This document shows, one piece after another, positions 1 through 7,751 of a DNA stretch of 32,000 nt. Position 1 is the first letter of the stretch, and every line of letters begins with the position of its first letter. The stretch spans positions 2,190,001 to 2,222,000 of the forward strand of contig NC_007493.2 of NCBI RefSeq assembly GCF_000012905.2, written 5' to 3'. Origin of the DNA: Cereibacter sphaeroides 2.4.1. GTDB lineage: Bacteria > Pseudomonadota > Alphaproteobacteria > Rhodobacterales > Rhodobacteraceae. Below the pieces are notes generated by a model that was not told the DNA's origin, searched no databases, and saw only the letters and a program-made list of their open reading frames with translations. A program made the translations under genes and the position numbers.

Positions 1-1
1 C

Positions 2-673
2 CGACGCGACCTGACCGAACTGTCGGACGCAGGCCTCCTTGACCGGGTGCATGGCGGAGCGGTGCTGCGCACGGGCGTGTCGAACATCGGCTACGAGGAG
101 CGGCGCCGCATGAACGAGGCCGCCAAGGCCTCCATCGGGCGGGCCTGCGCCCGGGCGATCCCGGACAATTCCTCGATGATCATCAACATCGGCACCACGA
201 CCGAGGCCGTCGCGCGCGAGCTTCTGAACCACCGCAACATCACGGTCGTGACGAACAACATGAACGTGGCCAATATCCTCGCCACCAACCCCTCCTGCGA
301 GGTGATGGTCGCGGGCGGACAGCTCCGCCGCTCGGACGGGGGGCTGGTGGGCGATCTGACGATCCAGTTCATCGAGCAGTTCAAGGTGGATTTCGCGATC
401 ATCGGCGCTTCGGCGCTGGATCGCGAGGGCGACATGCTCGATTTCGACCTGGCCGAGGTGCGGGTCTCGAAGGCGATCCTGCGTCAGTCGCGGCAGCGGT
501 TCCTCGTCACGGACAGCTCCAAGCTCGACCGCAAGGCCCCGGTGCGGCTTGGCTCGCTCGAGGAGCTGGACGCCGTCTTCACGGACAGCCCCCTGCCCGA
601 GGAGCTGGCGCGCCGCTGCGAGAGCTGGGAGACCGCGGTCACCGTGGCGGATCAGGCGATCCCGTCCGCCTAG
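2..673 (+). CDS. DeoR/GlpR-family transcriptional regulator, 5'-truncated by the window edge
   Basis: The frame is open from nt 2 (RRDLTELSDAGLLDRVHGGAV...). The R.DL..L...G.L.R.HGGA junction followed by NIGTTT, VVTNN, GG.LR and IIGASA segments is typical of the DeoR C-terminal sensor domain. The TAG stop at 671-673 shares the palindrome CTAG (670-673) with the convergent RES gene stop. Confidence 0.85.
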   Translation, partial: RRDLTELSDAGLLDRVHGGAVLRTGVSNIGYEERRRMNEAAKASIGRACARAIPDNSSMIINIGTTTEAVARELLNHRNITVVTNNMNVANILATNPSCEVMVAGGQLRRSDGGLVGDLTIQFIEQFKVDFAIIGASALDREGDMLDFDLAEVRVSKAILRQSRQRFLVTDSSKLDRKAPVRLGSLEELDAVFTDSPLPEELARRCESWETAVTVADQAIPSA

Positions 674-1353
674 AGCGCGTGCAGCGCGCCGGTCGCGAGA
701 TTGTGGATGCGCGAGACCCGCGAGCCGTCCCATTCGAAGGCGAAGTGGTCGCCCTGAGCCGGCGCCCCGGCCACGTCCGGCCAGAAGAGCGCGACGCAGA
801 GCCCGTCCGGCGCGCGGGCGCTGGGATAGAGGATGCCCTCGGCTCCTTCCGCCCGCCGCTCGGCGCCGAAGCGCTGCGCGGCGCGGTAATCCTCCGGATC
901 GAGCAGATCCGCCCGCTCGGCCCCCACCACCTCGAGCTCGGCATCGAGTCGCCCGACCAGTTGGCGGAACTCCGATGTCCAGCCCGGGGCCTCGTTCGTG
1001 GCCGCCATGAAGCGCCCATGGTGGTGAGCCACCTCGATGAGCGCGGTCTCGAGCGTCTCGGCCGCGTAATAGACCCCGAAACTGCCGTCGGAGAAACGGC
1101 TCGGCCGGTCGGGCGAGACATGGGTGAAGGGCGCCATAGCCCATGAGGCGCCAGCGCCCGAGACACGCCGCGCCGGCGGCACCAGATCGAGCCTGCCCAG
1201 GCTCTCGCGGAGCCGGGGATTGCTCTTCGCCTCGGCCGAGGCAATGGCCTCCCAGTCGGCGGGATCGGCGATGTCCTCGAAGAGGTCGATGGGCGGAAAG
1301 CGCGAGCGGATGATCCGGTGGGTCCGGTCCCAGGTCACGCGGCGGCGCGCCAT
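670..1353 (-). CDS. RES-domain toxin (RES family NAD+ phosphorylase type, ParT/MbcT-like)
   Basis: The 227-aa product has R..(SRFSDGSFGVYYAAETLETALIEV) and ..YPSARAP.. segments matching the R-E-S signature. I take the ATG at 1353, preceded by GGAGG about 8 nt upstream and lying 1 nt after the antitoxin TGA (1355-1357). An in-frame ATG at 1377 would lie inside the antitoxin gene. Confidence 0.85.
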   Translation of the reverse strand: MARRRVTWDRTHRIIRSRFPPIDLFEDIADPADWEAIASAEAKSNPRLRESLGRLDLVPPARRVSGAGASWAMAPFTHVSPDRPSRFSDGSFGVYYAAETLETALIEVAHHHGRFMAATNEAPGWTSEFRQLVGRLDAELEVVGAERADLLDPEDYRAAQRFGAERRAEGAEGILYPSARAPDGLCVALFWPDVAGAPAQGDHFAFEWDGSRVSRIHNLATGALHAL

Positions 1354-1354
1354 C

Positions 1355-1771
1355 TCACCAGCCTCCGCGCTCGGCATCGAGGTAATTGCGCACGCGGAGC
1401 AGGTCGGTGATCTCGCCGCCCAGCATCACCTGTAGCGCGGGCGCCCCTCCGAAGGCTTCGTTGGGCCGCCGCACCCAGCCATAGGCCCGCTCGGGCTCGC
1501 GGAAGATCAGCCGGAGCGCCTTGTGGATCCCCATCAGAAGCGACAGCCGCGTCTTCTGGTCGCGCGAGATCCGCCCCGGAGCACCGCCCTTCCAGCGCGC
1601 CCAGGTGCGCGGCGAAAGCTCGCCCAGCAGGATCGCCGCCTCGCGGTCCGAGACCTCCCAGAGGCGGAAAAGATTGACGACCGCGCGCGCCATGGCGGCC
1701 GCTTCCGCATCGGTGATGCGGGGAGTGCCGGGATCTGCGGGGGTCTTGTCCAGCGGGCGGAGGGCGAACAT
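1355..1771 (-). CDS. Xre-like antitoxin with C-terminal DUF2384 domain (ParS/MbcA family), cognate to the RES toxin
   Basis: The 138-aa product has the C-terminal motif ...PNEAFGGAPALQVMLGGEITDLLRVRNYLDAERGGW, typical of DUF2384 antitoxins. The ATG at 1771 is preceded by AAAGGAGA. The gene sits immediately upstream of and tightly coupled to the RES gene. Confidence 0.8.
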   Translation of the reverse strand: MFALRPLDKTPADPGTPRITDAEAAAMARAVVNLFRLWEVSDREAAILLGELSPRTWARWKGGAPGRISRDQKTRLSLLMGIHKALRLIFREPERAYGWVRRPNEAFGGAPALQVMLGGEITDLLRVRNYLDAERGGW

Positions 1772-1772
1772 G

Positions 1773-1820
1773 ACGGTCTCCTTTTGGCAAGATTTATGCC
1801 TCTCACGGTCATTTGGCAAG
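1773..1820 (-). promoter_or_regulatory. Tandem direct repeats (ACGGTC-N1/4-TTTGGCAAG, two copies) overlapping a candidate sigma70-like promoter of the antitoxin-toxin operon; putative autoregulatory operator
   Basis: Copy 1 is at 1773-1791 and abuts the ATG/SD. Copy 2 is at 1805-1820. On the minus strand, TTGCCA (1819-1814) and ATAAAT/CATAAA (about 1798-1792) give a -35/-10 pair with a 15-16 nt spacer. The distal repeat covers the -35 and the proximal repeat covers the leader/SD. Confidence 0.4.
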
Positions 1821-2064
1821 CATGGCTTCGGCAGCCGTCGTCCGAATCCCTTGCATCCGTCCCCGGAAGGCTCATATTTCCGCGAGCTCCGCATGGGGCG
1901 TATTCTGGTGACCGGGCCCCTCTGGCGAGAGAATGCGGCGCTCTCGCGATGTCGGCACCCAAAGCGTCAATGGCCGCCAGGACGCGACTCTCCATCATGT
2001 GCAAAGCCACTCCCCCCTTCCGTGCGGGCGCCTCTGTGCGCTTTCTCCGTCCGGAGAAGCACGC

Positions 2065-3147
2065 ATGACCACGGCTTCCGGGAAAAGCACGATCTCCTAT
2101 TTCACCTGGGCCTTCGCCTTCACGCTCGTGGGGCTGGCCCTCGGCGGCTTCCTCGGCTGGCAGACGACCGGCACAATCGAAGGCACCGCCACGATCTTCT
2201 TCATCTGCTGCGTGCTGGCGGTGCTCGAGATCTCGCTCTCGTTCGACAATGCCATCGTGAATGCCAACAAGCTGAAGACGATGACGCCCGAGTGGCAGCA
2301 CCGTTTCCTCACCTGGGGCATCATCATCGCGGTCTTCGGGATGCGGATCATCTTCCCCCTGCTGATCGTCGTCATCGCGGCGCACCTCGGCCCCTGGGAG
2401 GCACTGAAGCTCGCGGCCACCCAGCCCGCGGAATATTCCCGCATCATGCATGAGGCGCACACGCCCATTGCGGCCTTCGGCGGCACCTTCCTGATGATGG
2501 TCGGCCTGACCTACTTCTTCGACCAGGAGAAGGACATCCACTGGGTGCGCTGGATCGAGGAACAGGCCAGCCGCTATTCCTCGATCCGCGGGGTCGAGGT
2601 GGCGGTGGTGCTCTGCGCGGTCCTGGGCTTCTCGCGGCTCCTCGAAGGGGCCGAGCAGCAGGTCTTCATCAACAGCGCGCTCTACGGGCTGCTCACCTTC
2701 CTCCTCGTCGAGGTGCTGGGCGGCTTTCTCGACCATCGCCAGCAGGCGCTCGACGCGGCGGCCAAGGGCGGGTTCGGCGCCTTCCTCTATCTCGAGGTGC
2801 TCGACGCCTCCTTCTCCTTCGACGGGGTGATCGGGGCCTTCGCCCTTAGCCAGAACCTGTTCGTGATCGCGATCGGCCTCGGGATCGGCGCGATGTATGT
2901 GCGCTCGATGACCATCATGCTGGTCGAGCGCGGGACGCTGGCGCAATACCGCTACCTCGAGCACGGCGCCTTCTACGCGATCCTGATCCTCTCGGTCATC
3001 ATGTATGTCCAGACGCTGACCCACATTCCCGAGGTCATCACCGGGCTCGGCGGTGCGGGGCTGATCGGGATCTCGCTCTGGTCCTCGATCCGCTGGAACC
3101 GGCAGCATGCCGGAGAGCTGCCCGAGGCCGAGGCGGCCCCGCGCTGA
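2065..3147 (+). CDS. DUF475-domain integral membrane protein (TerC-related superfamily)
   Basis: The 360-aa polytopic protein has LEISLSFDNAIVNA and a second LEVLDASFSFDGVIGAFA repeat, characteristic of DUF475/TerC-like proteins. The ATG at 2065 is preceded by GGAGAA 7 nt upstream. Confidence 0.8.
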   Translation: MTTASGKSTISYFTWAFAFTLVGLALGGFLGWQTTGTIEGTATIFFICCVLAVLEISLSFDNAIVNANKLKTMTPEWQHRFLTWGIIIAVFGMRIIFPLLIVVIAAHLGPWEALKLAATQPAEYSRIMHEAHTPIAAFGGTFLMMVGLTYFFDQEKDIHWVRWIEEQASRYSSIRGVEVAVVLCAVLGFSRLLEGAEQQVFINSALYGLLTFLLVEVLGGFLDHRQQALDAAAKGGFGAFLYLEVLDASFSFDGVIGAFALSQNLFVIAIGLGIGAMYVRSMTIMLVERGTLAQYRYLEHGAFYAILILSVIMYVQTLTHIPEVITGLGGAGLIGISLWSSIRWNRQHAGELPEAEAAPR

Positions 3148-3153
3148 CCCTGC

Positions 3154-3179
3154 GGACGTGCCCGGCTTCGGGCACGTCC
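3154..3179. terminator. GC-rich hairpin between convergent genes (possible bidirectional terminator)
   Basis: GGACGTGCCCG-GCTT-CGGGCACGTCC is a perfect 11-bp stem with a 4-nt loop. It starts 7 nt after the DUF475 stop. There is no clear U-tract. Confidence 0.5.
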
Positions 3180-3191
3180 CCGTCCTGACCC

Positions 3192-3350
3192 TCAGAACCG
3201 ATAGGGGATGTGGCTCTCGGCGATGCGGAGCCGTTCCAGCTCTTCCTCGCTGGCACGGTTGCGCATCCAGGGCGCCGGGTGCCGGACATCGCGCAGGCCG
3301 CCGATCAGTCCGATCAGGCTCTGGACGGCAGCGGTGGTCAGGGCGGTCAT
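3192..3350 (-). CDS. Hypothetical 52-aa microprotein (N-terminal hydrophobic helix, charged C-terminus)
   Basis: The sequence is MTALTTAAVQSLIGLIGGLRDVRHPAPWMRNRASEEELERLRIAESHIPYRF. Third codon positions are GC-rich like the real genes here. A perfect FNR box lies 61-74 nt upstream. The weakness is that there is no well-spaced SD (GAGGA is about 19 nt upstream), and I recognise no family. Confidence 0.35.
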   Translation of the reverse strand: MTALTTAAVQSLIGLIGGLRDVRHPAPWMRNRASEEELERLRIAESHIPYRF

Positions 3351-3410
3351 GACATGCTCGTTCTGCTGTTTCCTCTGCTCAAAATCTGGTCGGTTTGCGA
3401 AGACCGCTCG

Positions 3411-3424
3411 TTGATGCGGATCAA
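3411..3424. promoter_or_regulatory. FNR/FnrL-type binding site, perfect consensus
   Basis: TTGAT-GCGG-ATCAA matches TTGAT-N4-ATCAA at 10/10 positions. It lies 67 nt downstream of the RND stop. Its centre is 67.5 nt upstream of the ATG at 3350. A class II geometry would put the TSS near 3376, with CAGATT as the -10. Confidence 0.6.
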
Positions 3425-3490
3425 CGGGCGGCCCCGGTGCGACGCCGCGCCTCAGGGGGCGGGCGGGAGCGCCGCCCCATGCCCCCCGGC

Positions 3491-6400
3491 TCAGGTCCGG
3501 AAGACCCTGTAGATCGCCGGGATCACCAGCACCGTGAGCAGGGTCGAGCTCATCAGCCCGAAGAGAAGCGAGATGGCGAGCCCCTGAAAGATCGGGTCGG
3601 CGAGGATCACCGCGGCTCCGATCATGGCCGCGAGCGCGGTCAGCAGGATCGGCTTGAACCGGATGGCTCCCGCCTCGATCAGCACCTCGAGCCGGTCGCG
3701 CGCGGGATCGGCATGGCGGATGAAATCCACGAGGAGGATCGAGTTGCGGACGATGATCCCCGCCAGCGCGATGAAGCCGATCATCGAGGTGGCCGAGAAG
3801 GGCGCGGCAAAGAGCCAGTGGCCGAGCATGATGCCGAGGAACGTGAGCGGCACCGGCGTCAGCACCACCAGCGGCAGGCGGAAGCTGCCGAACTGCGCCA
3901 CCACGAGGATGTAGATCCCCAGAAGCGCCACGCCGAAGGCCCCGCCCATGTCGCGGAACGTGACCCAGGTCACCTCCCATTCGCCATCCCAGAGCAGGAC
4001 GGGCCGCGTCTCGTCCTCGGGCTGGCCGTGGAGCGCGATCTCGGGCTGCGTTCCCTCGGGCCAGTCCATCGCCTCGAGCGCGCGATCCACCGCCAGCATC
4101 CCGTAGAGCGGCGCCTCGAAATCGCCCGCGAGCTCGGCCGTGACCATCTCGGCGGCGCGGCCGTTGTGGCGGAAGATCGGCCATGACGCACGCTCCTCCG
4201 TCACCCGCACCACATCGCCCAGCTCCACGACCCCGCGCGCGCCGGGCAGCAGATCCGCCGGGATCGGCGTCGACAGGAACCGCTCGTCGAGCACCCGGTC
4301 TCCCTTGGGCCGGGCGAGCACGATCGGGATCGGATGCCGCCCCTCGCCGCGGTGCGAATAGCCCACCACGCTCTCGCCGTTCAGAAGCTGGATCGTGTCG
4401 AACACATCCGCCTCCTGCACCGAGAAGAATTCGAGATCGTCGGGCTCGATGGTCGCGCGCAGCCGCGCGGGCGGGGTCCCGAAGCTGTCGTCCACATCGA
4501 CCACGAAGGGCACGCTCTCGAAGGCGTCGCGGATGCGGCTGGCCGCTTCGCGCCGCGCCTCGGGCGTGGGACCGTAGACCTCGGCCAGAAGCGTCGCGAT
4601 CACCGGCGGACCGGGCGGCGGCTCCACCGTCTTCAGCACCGTCCCCTCGGGGCGCGGGATCGCCTTCAGCCGCTCGCGGATCTCGAGCGCGATCTCGTGG
4701 CTCTCGCGGTCCCGCGCGGCCTTGGGCGCGAGATTGACCTGCAGGTCGCCCTCGTGCGGCCGACCGCGCAGATAGTAGTGCCGCACCAGCCCGTTGAAGT
4801 TGAAGGGCGCCGCCGCGCCGGCATGGGTCTGGACCGAGATCACCTCCGGCAGCGCCAGCACCGCCCGCGCCGCGTCCTGCGCCACCCGGTCGGTGGCCTC
4901 GACCGACGCGCCCTCGGGCAGGTCGATCACCACAGCGAGCTCGGACTTGTTGTCGAAGGGCAGGAGCTTCACCGTCACATGCTGGGTGTAGAGAAGCCCC
5001 ATCGAGCCGAAGGAGACGACCACCGTGACGAGGAGGAAGAGGAGCGCCCTGCCCTTCGTCCTCAGCACCGGCCGCGCTACCGCCGCATAAAGCCGCCCGA
5101 GCCGCCCGCCGGGCGCGGCATGGTCTTCGCCATGGAGCGGCGCCCGCCCCGCGATCTTCAGCATGAGCCAGGGCGTGATGATGACGGCCACGAAGAACGA
5201 GAAGATCATCGCGGCCGAGGCATTGGCCGGGATCGGGCTCATGTAGGGCCCCATCAGCCCGGAAACGAACAGCATGGGCAGCAGCGCCGCCACGACGGTC
5301 AGGGTGGCCACGATGGTGGGGTTGCCTACCTCGGCCACCGCCTCGACGGCCGCCTCGGCCCGCGGCTTCGTCCGCTCCATGCCCCAGTGGCGGGCGATGT
5401 TCTCGATCACCACGATGGCATCGTCGACGAGGATCCCTATCGAGAAGATCAGCGCGAAGAGCGACACCCGGTTCAGCGTGTAGCCCATGAGCCAGGCGGC
5501 GGCGAGCGTGAGGAGGATCGTGACCGGGATCACGATGGCCACCACCATGGCCTCGCGCCAGCCGATGGCGACCCAGACCAGCGCGATGATCGAGATCGTG
5601 GCGAGCCCGAGGTGGAACAGAAGCTCGTTGGCCTTCTCATTCGCCGTCTCGCCGTAATCGCGGGTGACGGTAACGGCCATGCTGTCGGGGATGAGGCTGC
5701 CTTCCAGCGCCTCGATCCGGTGCAGCACCGCCTCGCCCACCACCACCGCATTGGCGCCCGCGCGCTTGGCCACGGCGAGCGTGACGGCGGGGGTCCTGAG
5801 GATCGTGCCATCCTCGGCCCGCGTGACGTTGGCGACCAGCGCCTCGGTCATGTCCGAGACCACCCCCACCTCGGCCACGTCGCCCACATAGACCGGCCGC
5901 CCGTCGCGCGTGGTGAGCAGAAGGTTCGCGATCTCTGCGGGCGTCGTGAGCGTCCGGCCCGCGATCAGCGCGACCTGCCCGCCCTCCTGCCGCAGAAGGC
6001 CCGCATCCTGCGCCTCGTTCGCGCCACCCACCTTCGCGGCAAGGCTCTGGAGCGTCACGCCGAAGAGCGCGAGCTTTTCGGGATCGGGGGCCACGCGGAT
6101 CGCCTCGGGCGTCTCGCCCACGAGATAGGTGAGGCCCACGTCCTCGACCTTGGCGACCTCGGTGCGCAGCTCGCGCGCCACGCGCGTGAGGTCGTTGGCC
6201 GTCACCCCCGGAACGGTCGGCACGAGGGTCAGGGACAGGATCGCCACATCGTCGATGCCGCGGCCGACGATCTGCGGCTCGGCGATGCCCTTCGGGATGC
6301 GGTCCAGGTTGGCCCGCACCCTGTCATGGACCCGCAGCACCGCCGCATCGGAGGAGGTGCCCACGACGAAGCGGGCCGTGACCATCGCCCGATCGTCCGA

Positions 6401-6682
6401 GGTCTGCGAATAGACGTGCTCGACCCCGTCGATGGCCTTGACGATGGTCTCGAGCGGTTCGGTCACGAGCTTGACCGCATCTTCGGCGCGCAGGCCCGGC
6501 GCCTGGACATGGATATCGACCATCGGCACCGAGATCTGCGGCTCTTCCTCGCGCGGGAGCGAGAAGAGCGCGACCAGCCCCACCGCCAGCGCCGCGAGGA
6601 TGAAGAGCGGCGTCAGCGACGAGCCGATGAACGAGCGGGTGAGATGGCCGGCGAGGCCGAGCCCGGGGCGGCGGTCACTCAT
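3491..6682 (-). CDS. RND efflux transporter permease subunit (AcrB/HAE1-like)
   Basis: The 1063-aa product starts MSDRRPGLGLAGHLTRSFIGSSLTPLF... and contains SIGILVDDAIVVIENI (the TM4 proton-relay DD motif). It has 12-TM architecture with two large periplasmic loops. The ATG at 6682 overlaps the adaptor gene stop by 8 nt (ATGAGTGA). Confidence 0.95.
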   Translation of the reverse strand: MSDRRPGLGLAGHLTRSFIGSSLTPLFILAALAVGLVALFSLPREEEPQISVPMVDIHVQAPGLRAEDAVKLVTEPLETIVKAIDGVEHVYSQTSDDRAMVTARFVVGTSSDAAVLRVHDRVRANLDRIPKGIAEPQIVGRGIDDVAILSLTLVPTVPGVTANDLTRVARELRTEVAKVEDVGLTYLVGETPEAIRVAPDPEKLALFGVTLQSLAAKVGGANEAQDAGLLRQEGGQVALIAGRTLTTPAEIANLLLTTRDGRPVYVGDVAEVGVVSDMTEALVANVTRAEDGTILRTPAVTLAVAKRAGANAVVVGEAVLHRIEALEGSLIPDSMAVTVTRDYGETANEKANELLFHLGLATISIIALVWVAIGWREAMVVAIVIPVTILLTLAAAWLMGYTLNRVSLFALIFSIGILVDDAIVVIENIARHWGMERTKPRAEAAVEAVAEVGNPTIVATLTVVAALLPMLFVSGLMGPYMSPIPANASAAMIFSFFVAVIITPWLMLKIAGRAPLHGEDHAAPGGRLGRLYAAVARPVLRTKGRALLFLLVTVVVSFGSMGLLYTQHVTVKLLPFDNKSELAVVIDLPEGASVEATDRVAQDAARAVLALPEVISVQTHAGAAAPFNFNGLVRHYYLRGRPHEGDLQVNLAPKAARDRESHEIALEIRERLKAIPRPEGTVLKTVEPPPGPPVIATLLAEVYGPTPEARREAASRIRDAFESVPFVVDVDDSFGTPPARLRATIEPDDLEFFSVQEADVFDTIQLLNGESVVGYSHRGEGRHPIPIVLARPKGDRVLDERFLSTPIPADLLPGARGVVELGDVVRVTEERASWPIFRHNGRAAEMVTAELAGDFEAPLYGMLAVDRALEAMDWPEGTQPEIALHGQPEDETRPVLLWDGEWEVTWVTFRDMGGAFGVALLGIYILVVAQFGSFRLPLVVLTPVPLTFLGIMLGHWLFAAPFSATSMIGFIALAGIIVRNSILLVDFIRHADPARDRLEVLIEAGAIRFKPILLTALAAMIGAAVILADPIFQGLAISLLFGLMSSTLLTVLVIPAIYRVFRT

Positions 6683-7628
6683 GGACGGCCACCGGCACGT
6701 CGCCCGGCTCGAGACCCGAGAGGATTTCGACCATCCCGTCCTGGCGCTGGCCCAGCACCACGGTCCGCTCGACCGGACCGCCCGACCCTTCGACCGCGAC
6801 GAAGTCGAGACCCGCGCGGCGCAGGACCGCCGCCTCGGGCACCAGAAGCGCCTCGCGTTCGCCCACCGGCAGCCGCACCAGCACCCGGGCATCGACGAAC
6901 CGCTCGGACAGGCCCGGCACATCCACATCGGCGATCACGCGCCCATTCTCGATCTGCGGATAGATCCGGGCGAGGCGGCCGTCCTGCGGACCCTCGGCTC
7001 CCTCGATCACGATCCCGTCGCCCTCCTTCAGCGCACCCGCATGGCGCTCGGGCACCGCGAGGCGCAGGAAGAAGCCGCCGCCGCCCACGGTGGCCACCGC
7101 CTCGCCCGCCAGCACCACCGCCCCCGCCGCCACCGGCACGTCGAGCACGAGCCCCGCGATGGGCGCCAGCACCCGGCCCTCGGCCGCCTGCTGCTCCAGC
7201 ACCTTCCGCTGGGCCGCGTTGGCCGCAATCCTGCCCGTGAGCACCTGCACTTGCGTGCGCAGCGCATCCGACTGCTGCGAGGTCGAGACGCCGCGGGCGA
7301 GCAGATCCTCGACCCGGCCCAGTTCGGTGCGGGCATTGGCCAGTTCCGCCTCGAGCGCCGCGCCCTCGGCATCGATCGCGGCAAGCTGGAAGCCGATCTT
7401 CTCGTCCACCACCTCGGCCAGGAGCTGCCCCGCCTCGACCCGGTCCCCCTCGGTGACTGACAGGCGGACGAGCGTGCCGCCGAGCCTCGCCCGCGCCGGG
7501 ATCCGGTCGCGCGCCTCGATCCGTCCGTAGACGGATTTCCACTCGGTCACCGTCACCGGCCGCAGGGGCTCGGCCAGAAGCTGCAGGGGCAGGAGCGACA
7601 GCAGGGCCGCAAGGATCAGGCGTGTCAT
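6675..7628 (-). CDS. RND efflux periplasmic adaptor subunit (MFP/HlyD family)
   Basis: The 317-aa product has a signal-like N-terminus (MTRLILAALLSLLPLQLLA). It has lipoyl/barrel motifs (GGTLVRLSVTEGDRVEAGQLLAEV; VLAPIAGLVLDVPV) and a coiled-coil hairpin. It is translationally coupled to the permease. No outer-membrane factor gene is present in the window. Confidence 0.9.
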   Translation of the reverse strand: MTRLILAALLSLLPLQLLAEPLRPVTVTEWKSVYGRIEARDRIPARARLGGTLVRLSVTEGDRVEAGQLLAEVVDEKIGFQLAAIDAEGAALEAELANARTELGRVEDLLARGVSTSQQSDALRTQVQVLTGRIAANAAQRKVLEQQAAEGRVLAPIAGLVLDVPVAAGAVVLAGEAVATVGGGGFFLRLAVPERHAGALKEGDGIVIEGAEGPQDGRLARIYPQIENGRVIADVDVPGLSERFVDARVLVRLPVGEREALLVPEAAVLRRAGLDFVAVEGSGGPVERTVVLGQRQDGMVEILSGLEPGDVPVAVHE

Positions 7629-7661
7629 GACGAATGTCCGGGGCGAGGCCAGAGGCGGCGG

Positions 7662-7685
7662 TTATATTCGATTTGACGAATATAA
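7662..7685. promoter_or_regulatory. AT-rich perfect palindrome (9-bp arms, 6-bp spacer) overlapping the putative -10 of the RND operon promoter; candidate repressor operator
   Basis: The site is TTATATTCG-ATTTGA-CGAATATAA. On the minus strand, TTGAAT (7705-7700), a 15-nt spacer and TATATT (7684-7679) form a promoter-like pair, and the -10 lies inside the palindrome arm. The site is 34-57 nt upstream of the adaptor ATG (7628). Confidence 0.5.
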
Positions 7686-7751
7686 TACTCGAGGCCTCCA
7701 TTCAAGCCGCACCGGCCTTGACGCGGCCGGATTCTCGCGCGCGCTCACGAT

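Noticed and set aside
1885-2064. A possible yybP-ykoY (Mn2+) riboswitch upstream of the TerC-like DUF475 gene.
   Set aside because: The conserved GGGGAGUAG and GACAU/GAGAC junction elements are absent. Only GGGGCGUAU is present. A covariance-model search would be needed to revive this.
3351-4184. The upstream 278 codons of the 330-aa minus-strand ORF 3192-4184.
   Set aside because: This part overlaps the RND gene off-frame and is Arg/Gly/Pro/Asp-rich. Only the last 52 codons, which lie outside the RND gene, were retained as a candidate.
4334-7240. A 968-aa plus-strand ORF antisense to the RND permease and adaptor genes.
   Set aside because: Its composition is dominated by Arg/Pro/Gly/Asp/His runs with no recognisable domain. 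It lies entirely opposite two strongly supported genes. This is a typical stop-codon-poor antisense frame in high-GC DNA.
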